Shown here one piece after another: positions 1 through 10,388 of a stretch of DNA of 64,000 nt. This stretch comes from Nitrospirota bacterium (lineage in GTDB: Bacteria > Nitrospirota > UBA9217). The notes under the pieces are model-generated. The model saw only the letters and a list, made by a program, of their open reading frames with translations, had not been told where the DNA came from and made no database searches. Position numbers and translations under genes: made by a program. The stretch is from positions 2,688,001 to 2,752,000 of the forward strand of contig OY760142.1 in assembly GCA_963663225.1 (NCBI GenBank), in the 5' to 3' direction. The first letter of the stretch is position 1. Every line of letters begins with the position of its first letter.

Positions 1-844
1 CCAGCTGGCAAAAGATGTGGCGCAGGCAAAGAATGCGGAAGAACAGGCAAAACGGTACCAGATTCTTGTTCAGAAAGATTATGTTTCGCGGGATCAATAC
101 GATCAGTATCGTGCGAATGCCGACGCTTTGCTTGCCACCGTTGATGCGGACAGGGCAAATGTGGAGAACAGCCGACTCCAGCTTGCCTACTGCACCATTC
201 GCTCACCCATTGACGGCAAGGTCGGAAGCGTTCTCGTCAACCTGGGAAATATCGTTAAGGCAAATGATGTTACGATGCTTACCATCAACAAGATAATGCC
301 GATTTATGTCACTTTTTCGGTTCCGGAAAAGAATCTTGCCGACGTCAAAAAATACATGCTTGCAAAATCACTGAAGGTGGAAGCTTTGATTCTTGGAGAT
401 GAAAATCGTCCGGCCCAGGGCCGACTCACCTTTATTGACAATGCCGTGGATACCACAACCGGAACAATCAAATTAAAAGGAACTTTTGAAAACAGGGATA
501 GAAGACTCTGGCCGGGACAATTCGTGAATGTTGTGCTGACGCTGACGACCGAATCGAATGCCGTTGTGCTGCCGGCTGCGGCCCTCCAGTCAGGACAACA
601 AGGCCAATATGTTTTTGTCATGAAGTCCGATTCCACGGTGGAGTATCGACCGGTAACGGTCGCGCGTCTGCATGGAGAATTTGCGGTGATTGCCCAGGGA
701 GTCCAGCAGGGCGAAAAAGTAGTCACGGATGGGCAGTTTCAACTGACTGCCGGTACCCGCGTCGAAGTAAAGGGTGAACAGCCGGCTGCTCCTGTATCAC
801 AGCCCGTTGGGACTGCACAGTCAAAAAAGACTGCTCCCAAATAA
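1..844 (+). CDS. RND efflux periplasmic adaptor (MdtA-like), 5' end outside the window
   Basis: IRSPIDG, G-x-L-x-FIDN-x-VD-x2-TGTI and LWPGQFV motifs; directly upstream of an RND permease. Confidence 0.9.
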   Translation, partial: QLAKDVAQAKNAEEQAKRYQILVQKDYVSRDQYDQYRANADALLATVDADRANVENSRLQLAYCTIRSPIDGKVGSVLVNLGNIVKANDVTMLTINKIMPIYVTFSVPEKNLADVKKYMLAKSLKVEALILGDENRPAQGRLTFIDNAVDTTTGTIKLKGTFENRDRRLWPGQFVNVVLTLTTESNAVVLPAAALQSGQQGQYVFVMKSDSTVEYRPVTVARLHGEFAVIAQGVQQGEKVVTDGQFQLTAGTRVEVKGEQPAAPVSQPVGTAQSKKTAPK

Positions 845-893
845 ATGTACGGTCGCATGCGTCCATGCCCGGAGCAGAAAAGACAAAACTTCA

Positions 894-3800
894 ATGAATA
901 TTGCTGAACCTTTCATACGCAGACCAATCATGACGACCCTCGTCATGTCCGCAATTCTTCTGTTCGGCATAATGGCCTATCAACAGCTTCCCGTAAATGA
1001 TTTGCCGAATGTGGATTTCCCCACCATCGTGGTGACGGCGAATTTCCCCGGAGCAAGTCCGGATACCATGGCTTCAGCGGTTGCTACGCCGCTGGAAAAA
1101 CAGTTCTCAACGATCGCGGGCGTGGACAATATGACCTCCATAAGCGGCTTGGGGACCACGCGAATAACACTGCAGTTTAACTTGAGCAGAAATATTGATG
1201 CGGCCGGCCAGGACGTGCAGGCTATGATCACCCAGGCGGCTAAACTGCTTCCAGCAAACATGCCGACCCCTCCATCGTATCGAAAAGTGAACCCTGCAGA
1301 CCAGCCTGTTCTCTATGTTGCGCTCAGTTCTCCCACGCTGCCGTTGTATACGGTGGATGAATATGCACAAACCACGATCGCTCAGCGAATATCCATGATC
1401 AATGGTGTGGCGCAGGTTGTGGTATATGGCTCGCAGAAATATGCGGTTCGTGCGCAGCTTGATCCACGGGCACTTGTTTCACGCGGAATAGGAATTGATG
1501 AAGTTTCTAACTCCGTTGCCAGCGGGAACGTGACGCTGCCGACAGGTGTCCTTGAAGGAACTACCACGGCGGTCACCATTCAGGCCACCGGACAGCTCAC
1601 CCGCGCTGAGGCATATCGTCCACTTATCGTGACGTACCGTAACGGAAATCCGGTTCGGCTGCAGGAACTCGGAAGGGTCATAGACGGTGTGGAAAATGCC
1701 AAAGTCGCAAGCTGGTTTTTCAAGACCGCTACGAATACAAGTCCGAGAGCGATCATTTTGGCAATTCAACGACAGCCGGGAACAAATACGGTGGAAGTGG
1801 TGGATTCGATCAAAGAACTCTTGCCTAAGCTCCGGCAGGAGATGCCAGCATCGGTAAATCTGGACATCCACTATGACCGTTCCCTTTCAATACGCGAATC
1901 CGTCCGAGATGTTAAGTTTACCCTCGGGCTTGCCGTTGCTCTTGTCATCCTGGTTATCTTTCTTTTCCTGCGTAATGCGTCCGCCACGATCATACCGAGT
2001 CTCGCGCTTCCCATGTCCATTATCGGGACTTTTACGGTCATGTACTTGCTCGACTACACGATTGATAATTTTTCGCTTCTAGCAATGATCCTTGCCGTCG
2101 GGTTTGTAGTCGATGATGCCATAGTGATGCTTGAAAATATCGTTCGCCACATGGAACAGGGAGAACCTGTTCTCCAGGCAGCATTAACCGGATCAAAAGA
2201 AATCGGTTTTACCATTCTGTCCATGACCATGTCCCTTGTTGCGGTGTTCATCCCCGTGCTGTTCATGGGCGGCATCCTTGGACGGCTGCTCCATGAGTTT
2301 GCCGTGGTCATCAGTGCGGCCATTCTTGTTTCGGGTGTGGTTTCCCTTACGCTCACTCCCATGCTGTGCAGCCGTTTTCTTCGTCCACATGGTGCAGAAC
2401 GGCATGGTCGTTTATATATGACGTTGGAGCGTTTCTTTGATTCCATGCGTGATGCATATGACCGCAGCCTGCATTGGATCATAAATTATCGTCGGGCTGT
2501 CTTTGCTTTAACAGCTGCACTTTTTGGCACAACTGTTGTCTTGTTTATATTTATGCCGAAAGGCTTTCTACCAACAGAGGATAATGGCCAGATTTTTGCT
2601 TTTACCGAAGCGCAGCAGGGGATCTCATTCGAAGACATGGTAAAACATCAAAAAGAAATGGCAGATATTATTGCCCAGGATCCGAATGTAGAGACTTTTT
2701 TGTCTATAACAGGGGCGTCGGGATCCACTGTGGCAGGAAACACTGGTCGTATCATTATGCGCTTAAAACCCCGCTCTGAACGAAAACTGAGTGCGGACGA
2801 AATCATCCAGGTGCTGAAAAAAAAGACAGAACATGTTGTCGGTTTAAAAATCTTCATGCAAGTCCCTCCGGCAATTGCAATCGGCGGAATGCTTACCAAA
2901 AGCCAGTATCAGTATACGCTCCAAGGGCCTGATACCGACGAATTGTATAAGGCTGCTACTGCACTCGAAGAAAAACTGAAGGCGCTGCCCGATCTTCAGG
3001 ATGTGACCAGTGACCTGCAGATGAAAAACCCTCAATTAAATGTCGTGATAGACCGCGACCAGGCGTCTGCGCTGGGGGTAAGTGCGGAGCAAATCGAAAC
3101 AGCGCTCAGTCTGGCTTATAGTACTCTCCAGGTATCCACAATCCTGGCCCCAACCAATCAGTATCAAGTCATCATGGAGTTGCTGCCTGAGTATCAAAGA
3201 GATCCTTCGGTGCTTGCCATGCTGTATGTACGCTCCTCTTCCGGAAAACTCGTTCCGCTGAATGTCGTTGCAAAACCATCGGTGGGATCGGGTCCTCTTG
3301 TCGTGAACCATTTGGGGCAGCTTCCGGCAGTAACCCTTTCGTTTAATCTAAGACCCGGCATTTCACTCAGTCAGGCGGTTACCGCTGTTGAAAAAACCGC
3401 CAGAACAACGCTCCCCGGCACGATCTCTACCAGCTTTCAAGGATCAGCTCAGGCTTTTCAATCATCGACGCAGAACCTGTTTCTTCTCCTTGTTATGGCG
3501 GTAGTTATCATTTACATCGTGCTTGGGATCCTATACGAAAGTTTCATCCATCCCCTTACAATCCTTTCAGGCCTTCCTGCAGCCGGCGTCGGTGCATTAT
3601 TGACGCTGCTGATATTCGGCTGTGAATTAAACATTTATGGCTTTGTCGGTGTCATTATGTTGATCGGTATCGTCAAAAAAAATGCCATCATGATGATCGA
3701 TTTCGCGCTGGAAGCGGAACGAAAAGAAGGAAAACCCCCTCTGGAAGCAATATGCGAAGGGGCACTGATACGGTTTCGCCCGATTATGATGACCACTATG

Positions 3801-4001
3801 GCGGCATTGATGGGCACTCTGCCCATCGCGCTCGGTCTCGGGGCTGGTGCAGAATCACGCCGGCCTCTCGGTCTGGCAGTTGTTGGCGGCCTGATTTTCT
3901 CTCAATTACTGACGTTGTACATTACACCGGTTATTTATATTTATATGGACAAATTCCAGCGCCGTTTTGGTGACTTCGGCATCTTTCGTACCAGGGGATA
4001 A
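894..4001 (+). CDS. RND efflux permease (AcrB/MdtB-C family)
   Basis: N-terminus MNIAEPFIRRP; GFVVDDAIV-x2-ENI, GIVKKNAIM and RFRPIMMTT motifs; start placed at ATG 894. Confidence 0.95.
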   Translation: MNIAEPFIRRPIMTTLVMSAILLFGIMAYQQLPVNDLPNVDFPTIVVTANFPGASPDTMASAVATPLEKQFSTIAGVDNMTSISGLGTTRITLQFNLSRNIDAAGQDVQAMITQAAKLLPANMPTPPSYRKVNPADQPVLYVALSSPTLPLYTVDEYAQTTIAQRISMINGVAQVVVYGSQKYAVRAQLDPRALVSRGIGIDEVSNSVASGNVTLPTGVLEGTTTAVTIQATGQLTRAEAYRPLIVTYRNGNPVRLQELGRVIDGVENAKVASWFFKTATNTSPRAIILAIQRQPGTNTVEVVDSIKELLPKLRQEMPASVNLDIHYDRSLSIRESVRDVKFTLGLAVALVILVIFLFLRNASATIIPSLALPMSIIGTFTVMYLLDYTIDNFSLLAMILAVGFVVDDAIVMLENIVRHMEQGEPVLQAALTGSKEIGFTILSMTMSLVAVFIPVLFMGGILGRLLHEFAVVISAAILVSGVVSLTLTPMLCSRFLRPHGAERHGRLYMTLERFFDSMRDAYDRSLHWIINYRRAVFALTAALFGTTVVLFIFMPKGFLPTEDNGQIFAFTEAQQGISFEDMVKHQKEMADIIAQDPNVETFLSITGASGSTVAGNTGRIIMRLKPRSERKLSADEIIQVLKKKTEHVVGLKIFMQVPPAIAIGGMLTKSQYQYTLQGPDTDELYKAATALEEKLKALPDLQDVTSDLQMKNPQLNVVIDRDQASALGVSAEQIETALSLAYSTLQVSTILAPTNQYQVIMELLPEYQRDPSVLAMLYVRSSSGKLVPLNVVAKPSVGSGPLVVNHLGQLPAVTLSFNLRPGISLSQAVTAVEKTARTTLPGTISTSFQGSAQAFQSSTQNLFLLLVMAVVIIYIVLGILYESFIHPLTILSGLPAAGVGALLTLLIFGCELNIYGFVGVIMLIGIVKKNAIMMIDFALEAERKEGKPPLEAICEGALIRFRPIMMTTMAALMGTLPIALGLGAGAESRRPLGLAVVGGLIFSQLLTLYITPVIYIYMDKFQRRFGDFGIFRTRG

Positions 4002-4073
4002 GAAGCCGCGGATTCCACCGGTCTGCTTTTTTCATGAGTGCTTGAAACAGTATTCGACATTGACGAGGACATT

Positions 4074-5270
4074 ATGCTCAAAAAAAAGAAAATCATTATC
4101 ATCGCGCTGATTGTCATCGTTCTTGGTATAAGCTCGGCCATTTTTTTTTATAGCAGCCGCGGAAACGAACCTGAGTTCAGGACTGATCCGGTAACTAGGG
4201 GTGATATTCAGCAAACAGTAACTGCAACCGGAACGGTCAATGCAGTGACCACTGTTTTGGTCGGCACCCAGGTTTCAGGAACCATAAAAACCCTGTACGT
4301 CGACTACAACTCCCGCGTAAAGAAAGGACAGCTTATAGCCAGAATTGACCCGGCAACATTCGAATCACAGGTCCAGCAGGCGCAGGCAAACATGCTTGCC
4401 GCTGAGGCAAATGTGGTAAAAGCGGAAGCTTCTTTGGTTGATGCGAAAAGAACCTTTGACCGTAATAAAGAGCTTTTTTCAAAAAACCTCATCGCAAGAA
4501 GCGATTTGGACACGGCAGAGACAAACTATGACACCAATCGTGCTTTGCTGGCCGCTGCCAAAGCGCAGGTCAATCAAACAAAGGCGGCCCTTGACTATGC
4601 CAAACAAAATCTGGCGTACACGGGAATACTTTCCCCGGTCAACGGCGTGGTGATATCCCGCAACGTGGACGTTGGACAGACGGTCGCTGCAAGCTTTCAA
4701 ACGCCGACGCTGTTTACCATAGCGGAAGATTTGACGAAAATGCAGATCGATACAAACGTGGCGGAATCCGATATCGGCAGTGTGGCCGTCGGGCAAGACG
4801 TGGAGTTTACTGTCGACGCATATTCGGATACGACATTCAAGGGGAAGGTATGGCAAATCAGACAGGCGCCCATCACGGTTCAGAACGTGGTTACGTATGA
4901 TGTGGTGATACAGGTCAACAACAAAGACCTCAAACTCATGCCGGGCATGACCGCCAATGTTTCCATTATCATCAACACACGGCAGGGGGTGCTCAGGATC
5001 ACCAATGCATCATTGCGCTTCAAATTCACGGAAAAAACTACAGCCGTGGTTTCGCGTGCAACGGGCACTTCTGAAAAAAGAGGTCCGGCAGTGTGGGTCC
5101 TGGAAAATGCTAAACCAAAACGCGTTTCTGTGACACCAGGCATCAGTGATGGGAACTATACCGAAGTTGTTTCCGGAGAGTTGAAAGAAGGGCAGCAGAT
5201 AATCGTTGAATCGCTGCGAAAAGGCAAAAGTTCCTCCTCAACCACAACGGGCCCGCCAAGGATGTTCTGA
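4074..5270 (+). CDS. MacA-like efflux periplasmic adaptor
   Basis: N-terminal TM; VGTQVSG and GQTVAASFQTP motifs; GAGGA RBS before ATG 4074. Confidence 0.9.
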   Translation: MLKKKKIIIIALIVIVLGISSAIFFYSSRGNEPEFRTDPVTRGDIQQTVTATGTVNAVTTVLVGTQVSGTIKTLYVDYNSRVKKGQLIARIDPATFESQVQQAQANMLAAEANVVKAEASLVDAKRTFDRNKELFSKNLIARSDLDTAETNYDTNRALLAAAKAQVNQTKAALDYAKQNLAYTGILSPVNGVVISRNVDVGQTVAASFQTPTLFTIAEDLTKMQIDTNVAESDIGSVAVGQDVEFTVDAYSDTTFKGKVWQIRQAPITVQNVVTYDVVIQVNNKDLKLMPGMTANVSIIINTRQGVLRITNASLRFKFTEKTTAVVSRATGTSEKRGPAVWVLENAKPKRVSVTPGISDGNYTEVVSGELKEGQQIIVESLRKGKSSSSTTTGPPRMF

Positions 5271-5271
5271 T

Positions 5272-5961
5272 ATGTCACTTATCGAAGCGAAAGACATCGG
5301 AAAAATCTACCATCTTGGCGACATCGATCTGGAAGTGCTGAAGTCCGTATCAACGACCATCGATAGAGGAGAATTTGTCGCAATTATGGGGCCGTCCGGC
5401 TCAGGCAAATCAACGTTCATGAATATCCTGGGCTGCCTCGACCAGCCAACAGTCGGCAATTATATCTTGGAAGGAACCGATGTCGGCGGACTTTCCCGGG
5501 ACGAACTTGCCGAAATCCGAAACAAAAAAATCGGCTTTGTTTTTCAGGGGTTCAATCTGCTCTCGCGTACCTCGGCAATCGAGAATGTGGAGCTTCCCAT
5601 GCTCTACAACGGTCACGCGACGGCAGAACGCCACGATCGCGCACGTGCGGCCCTGAAAAGCGTCGGGCTCGAAGGCAGGGAGGATCATCATCCGAACCAG
5701 CTTTCCGGCGGCCAACAACAGCGGGTAGCCATCGCAAGGGCCCTGGTAAATGATGCTCCCATTATTTTGGCCGATGAGCCGACCGGAAATCTCGATACCA
5801 AGACGAGCATTGAGATCATGAACTTGTTCGTTAAATTAAACCGGGAGTCGCATATCACCGTCATTGTTGTAACGCACGAACCTGATATTGCCCTGTATAG
5901 TAAAAGGATAATCAAGTTTTTAGACGGTCATCTGGTGAGCGACGAACCGGTTGCGCGGTGA
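5272..5961 (+). CDS. ABC transporter ATP-binding protein (MacB/LolD-like)
   Basis: GPSGSGKS Walker A, LSGGQQQR signature, ILADEPTG Walker B. Confidence 0.95.
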   Translation: MSLIEAKDIGKIYHLGDIDLEVLKSVSTTIDRGEFVAIMGPSGSGKSTFMNILGCLDQPTVGNYILEGTDVGGLSRDELAEIRNKKIGFVFQGFNLLSRTSAIENVELPMLYNGHATAERHDRARAALKSVGLEGREDHHPNQLSGGQQQRVAIARALVNDAPIILADEPTGNLDTKTSIEIMNLFVKLNRESHITVIVVTHEPDIALYSKRIIKFLDGHLVSDEPVAR

Positions 5962-6056
5962 TATGGCAAGTACTGGTTGTGCAAAACGGGAATTGCGATT
6001 CCACAGACAAAAAACTGCACGCAGATAAAATTGTTCTTGAGAACGACTGAATTCTT

Positions 6057-7286
6057 ATGATTAATATTCCGTCTACCGTTAAAATATCTTTTCGCGCGTT
6101 ATGGGTGAACAAGATGCGCTCTGCCCTCACGATGCTCGGGATTATCATCGGCGTAGGAGCTGTTATCGCCATGGTCGCCATCGGCAGCGGCGCGAGCCAG
6201 AAAATTTCAGAGCAGATATCTACTATGGGGAGCAACCTGCTGATCATTCTTCCCGGTGCGACCACATCGGGTGGAGTCAGAATGGGGTCGGGGACCCAGC
6301 CGACGCTTTCACTGAGTGACGCGGAGGCTATTCAGAAGGAATGCCCGTCTGTTGAGGATGTGGGACCTGTTCTTGGCGGGGCCGCACAGGTCATCGTTGG
6401 GCATTTAAATTGGTCTACCGTTATTACAGGAACAACGCCCGGCATGCTGGTGGTGCGCGATTGGGACCTGGCTTCAGGCCGGCCGTTTACCGATCAGGAT
6501 GTAAAGAGCGCAACGAAAGTCGCCCTCCTCGGCCAGACGGTAGTAGATAATCTTTTCGGTGAGGAAAATCCAATCGGCAAGACGATCAGGATCAAAAATG
6601 TGCCATTTTCCGTGATCGGAGTACTGTCGGTGAAAGGCCAGTCGGCAATAGGCCAGGATCAGGACGATGTTATTTATATACCGGTGACCACATCACAAAA
6701 AAAACTATTCGGGTCGCAATTTCCCGGCATGGTCAGAATCATCATGGTCAAGGCAAAGAGCGCGGATGACTTGCCAGTGGCAGAAAAACAGATTAATGAA
6801 CTTCTTCGCCAGCGTCACCATATCGGCCAGAAACAGGACAATGACTTTACCGTGCGGAATCTTACGCAGGTCATGCAAGCGGCTGAGCAGTCTACTCGTG
6901 TTATGACCTTGCTGCTTGGCGCGATTGCCTCTGTTTCTCTTCTGGTAGGGGGAATAGGAATTATGAATATTATGCTCGTATCCGTCACCGAGCGAACCCG
7001 TGAAATCGGCATCCGTATGGCAATTGGTGCGAAAACCTGGGACATCCGGCTTCAATTTATTGTGGAAGCGCTGACCCTCTCCTTGATAGGCGGAGTTATC
7101 GGGATAATTCTTGGCATTTCGACATCATTGATTCTCTCATCCATTTCCGGCTGGCCGACTGTCGTATCCTTGCTTTCAATCTTATTGGCCTTCAGTTTTT
7201 CCGGACTCATCGGTATTTTCTTTGGTTTTTATCCCGCGTATAAAGCTTCTCTTCTCAACCCCATTGACGCACTGAGATATGAATGA
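6057..7286 (+). CDS. ABC transporter permease (MacB/FtsX family)
   Basis: LTMLGIIIGV and GGIGIMNIMLVSVTERTREIG motifs; C-terminal PIDALRYE. Confidence 0.95.
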   Translation: MINIPSTVKISFRALWVNKMRSALTMLGIIIGVGAVIAMVAIGSGASQKISEQISTMGSNLLIILPGATTSGGVRMGSGTQPTLSLSDAEAIQKECPSVEDVGPVLGGAAQVIVGHLNWSTVITGTTPGMLVVRDWDLASGRPFTDQDVKSATKVALLGQTVVDNLFGEENPIGKTIRIKNVPFSVIGVLSVKGQSAIGQDQDDVIYIPVTTSQKKLFGSQFPGMVRIIMVKAKSADDLPVAEKQINELLRQRHHIGQKQDNDFTVRNLTQVMQAAEQSTRVMTLLLGAIASVSLLVGGIGIMNIMLVSVTERTREIGIRMAIGAKTWDIRLQFIVEALTLSLIGGVIGIILGISTSLILSSISGWPTVVSLLSILLAFSFSGLIGIFFGFYPAYKASLLNPIDALRYE

Positions 7287-7444
7287 GCAGCGCAGCCTTT
7301 ATTCGTTAAACCGTTCATTATCTATGTGGTTTTTCCCGCTCCTAAAGAGGCTGTATCTGTCTCTATACCTTGACTTATGTCAGGAATAAGGCTATAAAAC
7401 GGTTGATCATTGTGTCGAAGTTCCCGAGGAGTGTGCATCCAGCC

Positions 7445-8692
7445 ATGTACGATCATATTGCCAAATATACTGAAAAACTTATCCGCGACAGAACGGCCGT
7501 CCCGGACAGTATTCATTTCTATGTGCTGGATGATAAAGTGGTGTCGAACCGGGATGATGACTGGTCAGCCGTTTTTACTGAAGTTTTGAATAAACTGAAC
7601 ATTACCGCGCTGCTTTTTGCAAAAACATCCCTGCCGTTTGCTGATCTGCTGGTAGAGCGCTCTGACGCCGCTGCTCAAAAACTCGTGCCAAAAGACAGTG
7701 AAACAAAAATATTTCTTCATGATATTCCTTTTATAAGAGAACATGAGTGGAAAGGGAAAGCTCTAACCGAATTCGCACCCATGATCATCCAGTGTCTGAA
7801 AGACCGTAAAGCCATGATTTTCCAAAACCTCGGCGTTGTTGCAACAGGCGGTGTGACGGTCGAACAGGCTTTTATCAGCTACTCCACGATATTTCATACT
7901 ACGTTTGTGAAATATTTACTTGACCTGCTGATAGATGGTTTCTTATTGCCGGATGAAAGCAGGGGATTCAATGAATTTCAGGCGTCCTGGCTCAAACTCC
8001 CGGATTTGAGCGACCTCAAGTTCGGCGTGGGGCCCTTTGGCGGCGAGACGAAATATTATGGCCTTTCCGGGAGTAATTTCACGCGGGACTTGAAGGAGGT
8101 TGTATTTGAGGAAATTTGCCGCGTGGGCAGATATACGGTCGAAAAAGGGTATGTGGATTCCTTTTTTGGAAACATCAGTTATTTTGACGGAAAGACTATT
8201 TATATAAGCCAAACTGCTTCTTCTCTCGACGAGCTTGAAGGCCATATAGACCCGGTTCCCCTCGATAATTCTTCGACCGCCGGTCTTTCCGCGTCATCGG
8301 AACTGCCGGCTCACAGGGGAATTTATCTCTCCACGAATTATCACACTGTACTGCACGGCCATCCGCGCTTCAGTGTGATTCTGTCGATGCTCTGTCGTGA
8401 AGAAGGCTGTACCATCGAGGACTGCAACCGTCTGTGCAATCGCAAACGATCAGTATGCGGCATTCCCATAGTTTCAGGAGAAACGGGCGCCGGGGGACTG
8501 GCAAAAACAGTTCCTCTTGCCATCAAAGATACAGGGGTCTGCATCGCCTACGGCCATGGAGTGTTTTCAGCAGGAGAAAGGGATTTTCGGGACGCCTTCA
8601 TGAAGATGGCAGAAGCTGAAGACAAATGCAGAGAGACATACTTTGAACTGGTGAAAGAGAAAATGACTTACCGCAGAGAGAACGGAGGCTGA
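7445..8692 (+). CDS. Class II aldolase/adducin-family protein with a degenerate N-terminal domain copy
   Basis: C-terminal half has GNIS, SSELPAH, VLHGHP and GHGVF; GAGGAG RBS; start could be GTG 7433. Confidence 0.75.
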   Translation: MYDHIAKYTEKLIRDRTAVPDSIHFYVLDDKVVSNRDDDWSAVFTEVLNKLNITALLFAKTSLPFADLLVERSDAAAQKLVPKDSETKIFLHDIPFIREHEWKGKALTEFAPMIIQCLKDRKAMIFQNLGVVATGGVTVEQAFISYSTIFHTTFVKYLLDLLIDGFLLPDESRGFNEFQASWLKLPDLSDLKFGVGPFGGETKYYGLSGSNFTRDLKEVVFEEICRVGRYTVEKGYVDSFFGNISYFDGKTIYISQTASSLDELEGHIDPVPLDNSSTAGLSASSELPAHRGIYLSTNYHTVLHGHPRFSVILSMLCREEGCTIEDCNRLCNRKRSVCGIPIVSGETGAGGLAKTVPLAIKDTGVCIAYGHGVFSAGERDFRDAFMKMAEAEDKCRETYFELVKEKMTYRRENGG

Positions 8693-8771
8693 GTTTCTGA
8701 TATCGCCGCCGTTTCTTCTGCGGTAAGAATCATGTATACACGGGCTTCTGCTCTGCGTGACCAGCAACGAA

Positions 8772-10232
8772 TTATGGCTTAATCGTAAAATACAGCGAAC
8801 CGCCTCCCCGGTAGACAAGCAGAAGTACAGAGTCTTTCTCGCCTATTTGGGAAACAACGTGGTCATAGTTCTGGACGTTCTGTATTTGCGTGCGGTTGAC
8901 TTCCTGAATTACATCGTTGATCTGCAGAAACTCCTGCGTGGGGCTGTCCTGACCGATGTTCGTGACGACAACTCCATTCAAGTCTTCGGGAAGCCTCAGC
9001 TTGTCGCGCAGGCTCGGCGTAAGTTCCTGTACGGTAATCCCTTTTAAAGCATTGTTGTATTCAGTTTTCTTGACAATTCTTTTTTCCTTGTATTCGCCGA
9101 GCATTACCGTTATCGACTGCTCTTTTCCATCTCGGATGATTTTAACCGCTGTTTTTGTCCCCGGCGCAATGGCTGAAACCATATTTCTGAGGCCTGTGGA
9201 ATTGGCGATTTTTTTGCCGTCCAGCTCTATGACGAGATCACCCCGCTTCAGGCCTGCTTTGGCAGCAGGGCTGTCTTTCTCGACGCCTGATATAAGCGCA
9301 CCTGCCGTCTCCGAGATGTTCAGCGATTTGGCAAGTTCCGGTGTAAGATCCTGGATGCTTACGCCAAGCCAGCCTCGAATCACTTTGCCGTGTTTGACGA
9401 TGCTGTTCATGACTGTTTTTGCCATATCAGCCGGAATGGCAAAACCAATTCCCATGTAGCCGCCGCTGGTCGAAAAAATTGCAGTATTGATGCCGACAAG
9501 TTCGCCGCGCGCGTTTACCATTGCGCCTCCTGAATTGCCGGGATTGATTGCCGCATCGGTCTGAATAAAGTCCTCAAGGTCGGCAATGCCGACATTCGAT
9601 CGCCCCACGGCGCTCACGATCCCCATGGTAATGGTCTGGTTCAGCCCGAAAGGATTGCCGATTGCCAGCACAACGTCACCGGTTTTCAGTTTGGAGGATT
9701 CTCCGAAATTAAGCGTAGGCAGGTTGGTGGCATTTATTTTGACGACGGCAAGGTCTGTTCTTGGATCGGAACCGATGACTTTTCCCGTGAATTCGCGCTT
9801 GTCGTACAGGATGACTTTTATTTCATCGGCATTCTTTATTACGTGGTTGTTCGTCAGAATATAGCCGTCCTCTGACACGATCACCCCTGATCCCAGTGCA
9901 GAGGATTTAAATTTTTTCTTTTGTTCCGGGTGGTTGAATTGATCGCCGAAAAAGCGTTTAAAAAACGGATCATTGAACATGTCGCCGAACGGATTGTCCT
10001 GCATGACAACGGTGGATGTCGTCGAAATATTCACCACTGCTGGGCGCGCTGCATCGGCAACTTCTGCAAGGGCGTCACTTAATTTGGTGAGCAGGCGCGT
10101 TGATTCCTGTGAAATGACTTTTTCTTTTGCAAAACCGGGGCTGTAAAAGACAGTGGACATGGCCAGCAGTAACGTTATGGCCAACAAAGACAATCCTGCG
10201 GCAGATACTACTTTTTCCTTCTGAAATTTCAT
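8772..10232 (-). CDS. HtrA/DegP-family serine protease with two PDZ domains
   Basis: TNNHV, DLAV and GNSGG catalytic triad motifs; signal peptide; two PDZ repeats. Confidence 0.95.
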   Translation of the reverse strand: MKFQKEKVVSAAGLSLLAITLLLAMSTVFYSPGFAKEKVISQESTRLLTKLSDALAEVADAARPAVVNISTTSTVVMQDNPFGDMFNDPFFKRFFGDQFNHPEQKKKFKSSALGSGVIVSEDGYILTNNHVIKNADEIKVILYDKREFTGKVIGSDPRTDLAVVKINATNLPTLNFGESSKLKTGDVVLAIGNPFGLNQTITMGIVSAVGRSNVGIADLEDFIQTDAAINPGNSGGAMVNARGELVGINTAIFSTSGGYMGIGFAIPADMAKTVMNSIVKHGKVIRGWLGVSIQDLTPELAKSLNISETAGALISGVEKDSPAAKAGLKRGDLVIELDGKKIANSTGLRNMVSAIAPGTKTAVKIIRDGKEQSITVMLGEYKEKRIVKKTEYNNALKGITVQELTPSLRDKLRLPEDLNGVVVTNIGQDSPTQEFLQINDVIQEVNRTQIQNVQNYDHVVSQIGEKDSVLLLVYRGGGSLYFTIKP

Positions 10233-10328
10233 CTCAAATTGCCTCCTTTTATATCATGTTCATACAGTTTCCATAAATCAGTGTAGCGAAAACGTCGCAA
10301 AAAAAGGGGATACGACTATTGTCTGTTG

Positions 10329-10356
10329 TTAGACACGGTATCTTGCGAATTGTTTA
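10329..10356 (-). promoter_or_regulatory. Putative ECF-sigma promoter for htrA
   Basis: Minus strand TAAAC-N17-GTCTAA upstream of htrA. Confidence 0.45.
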
Positions 10357-10388
10357 AGTATATCGTATTTTTTTACGGACATGATGGT

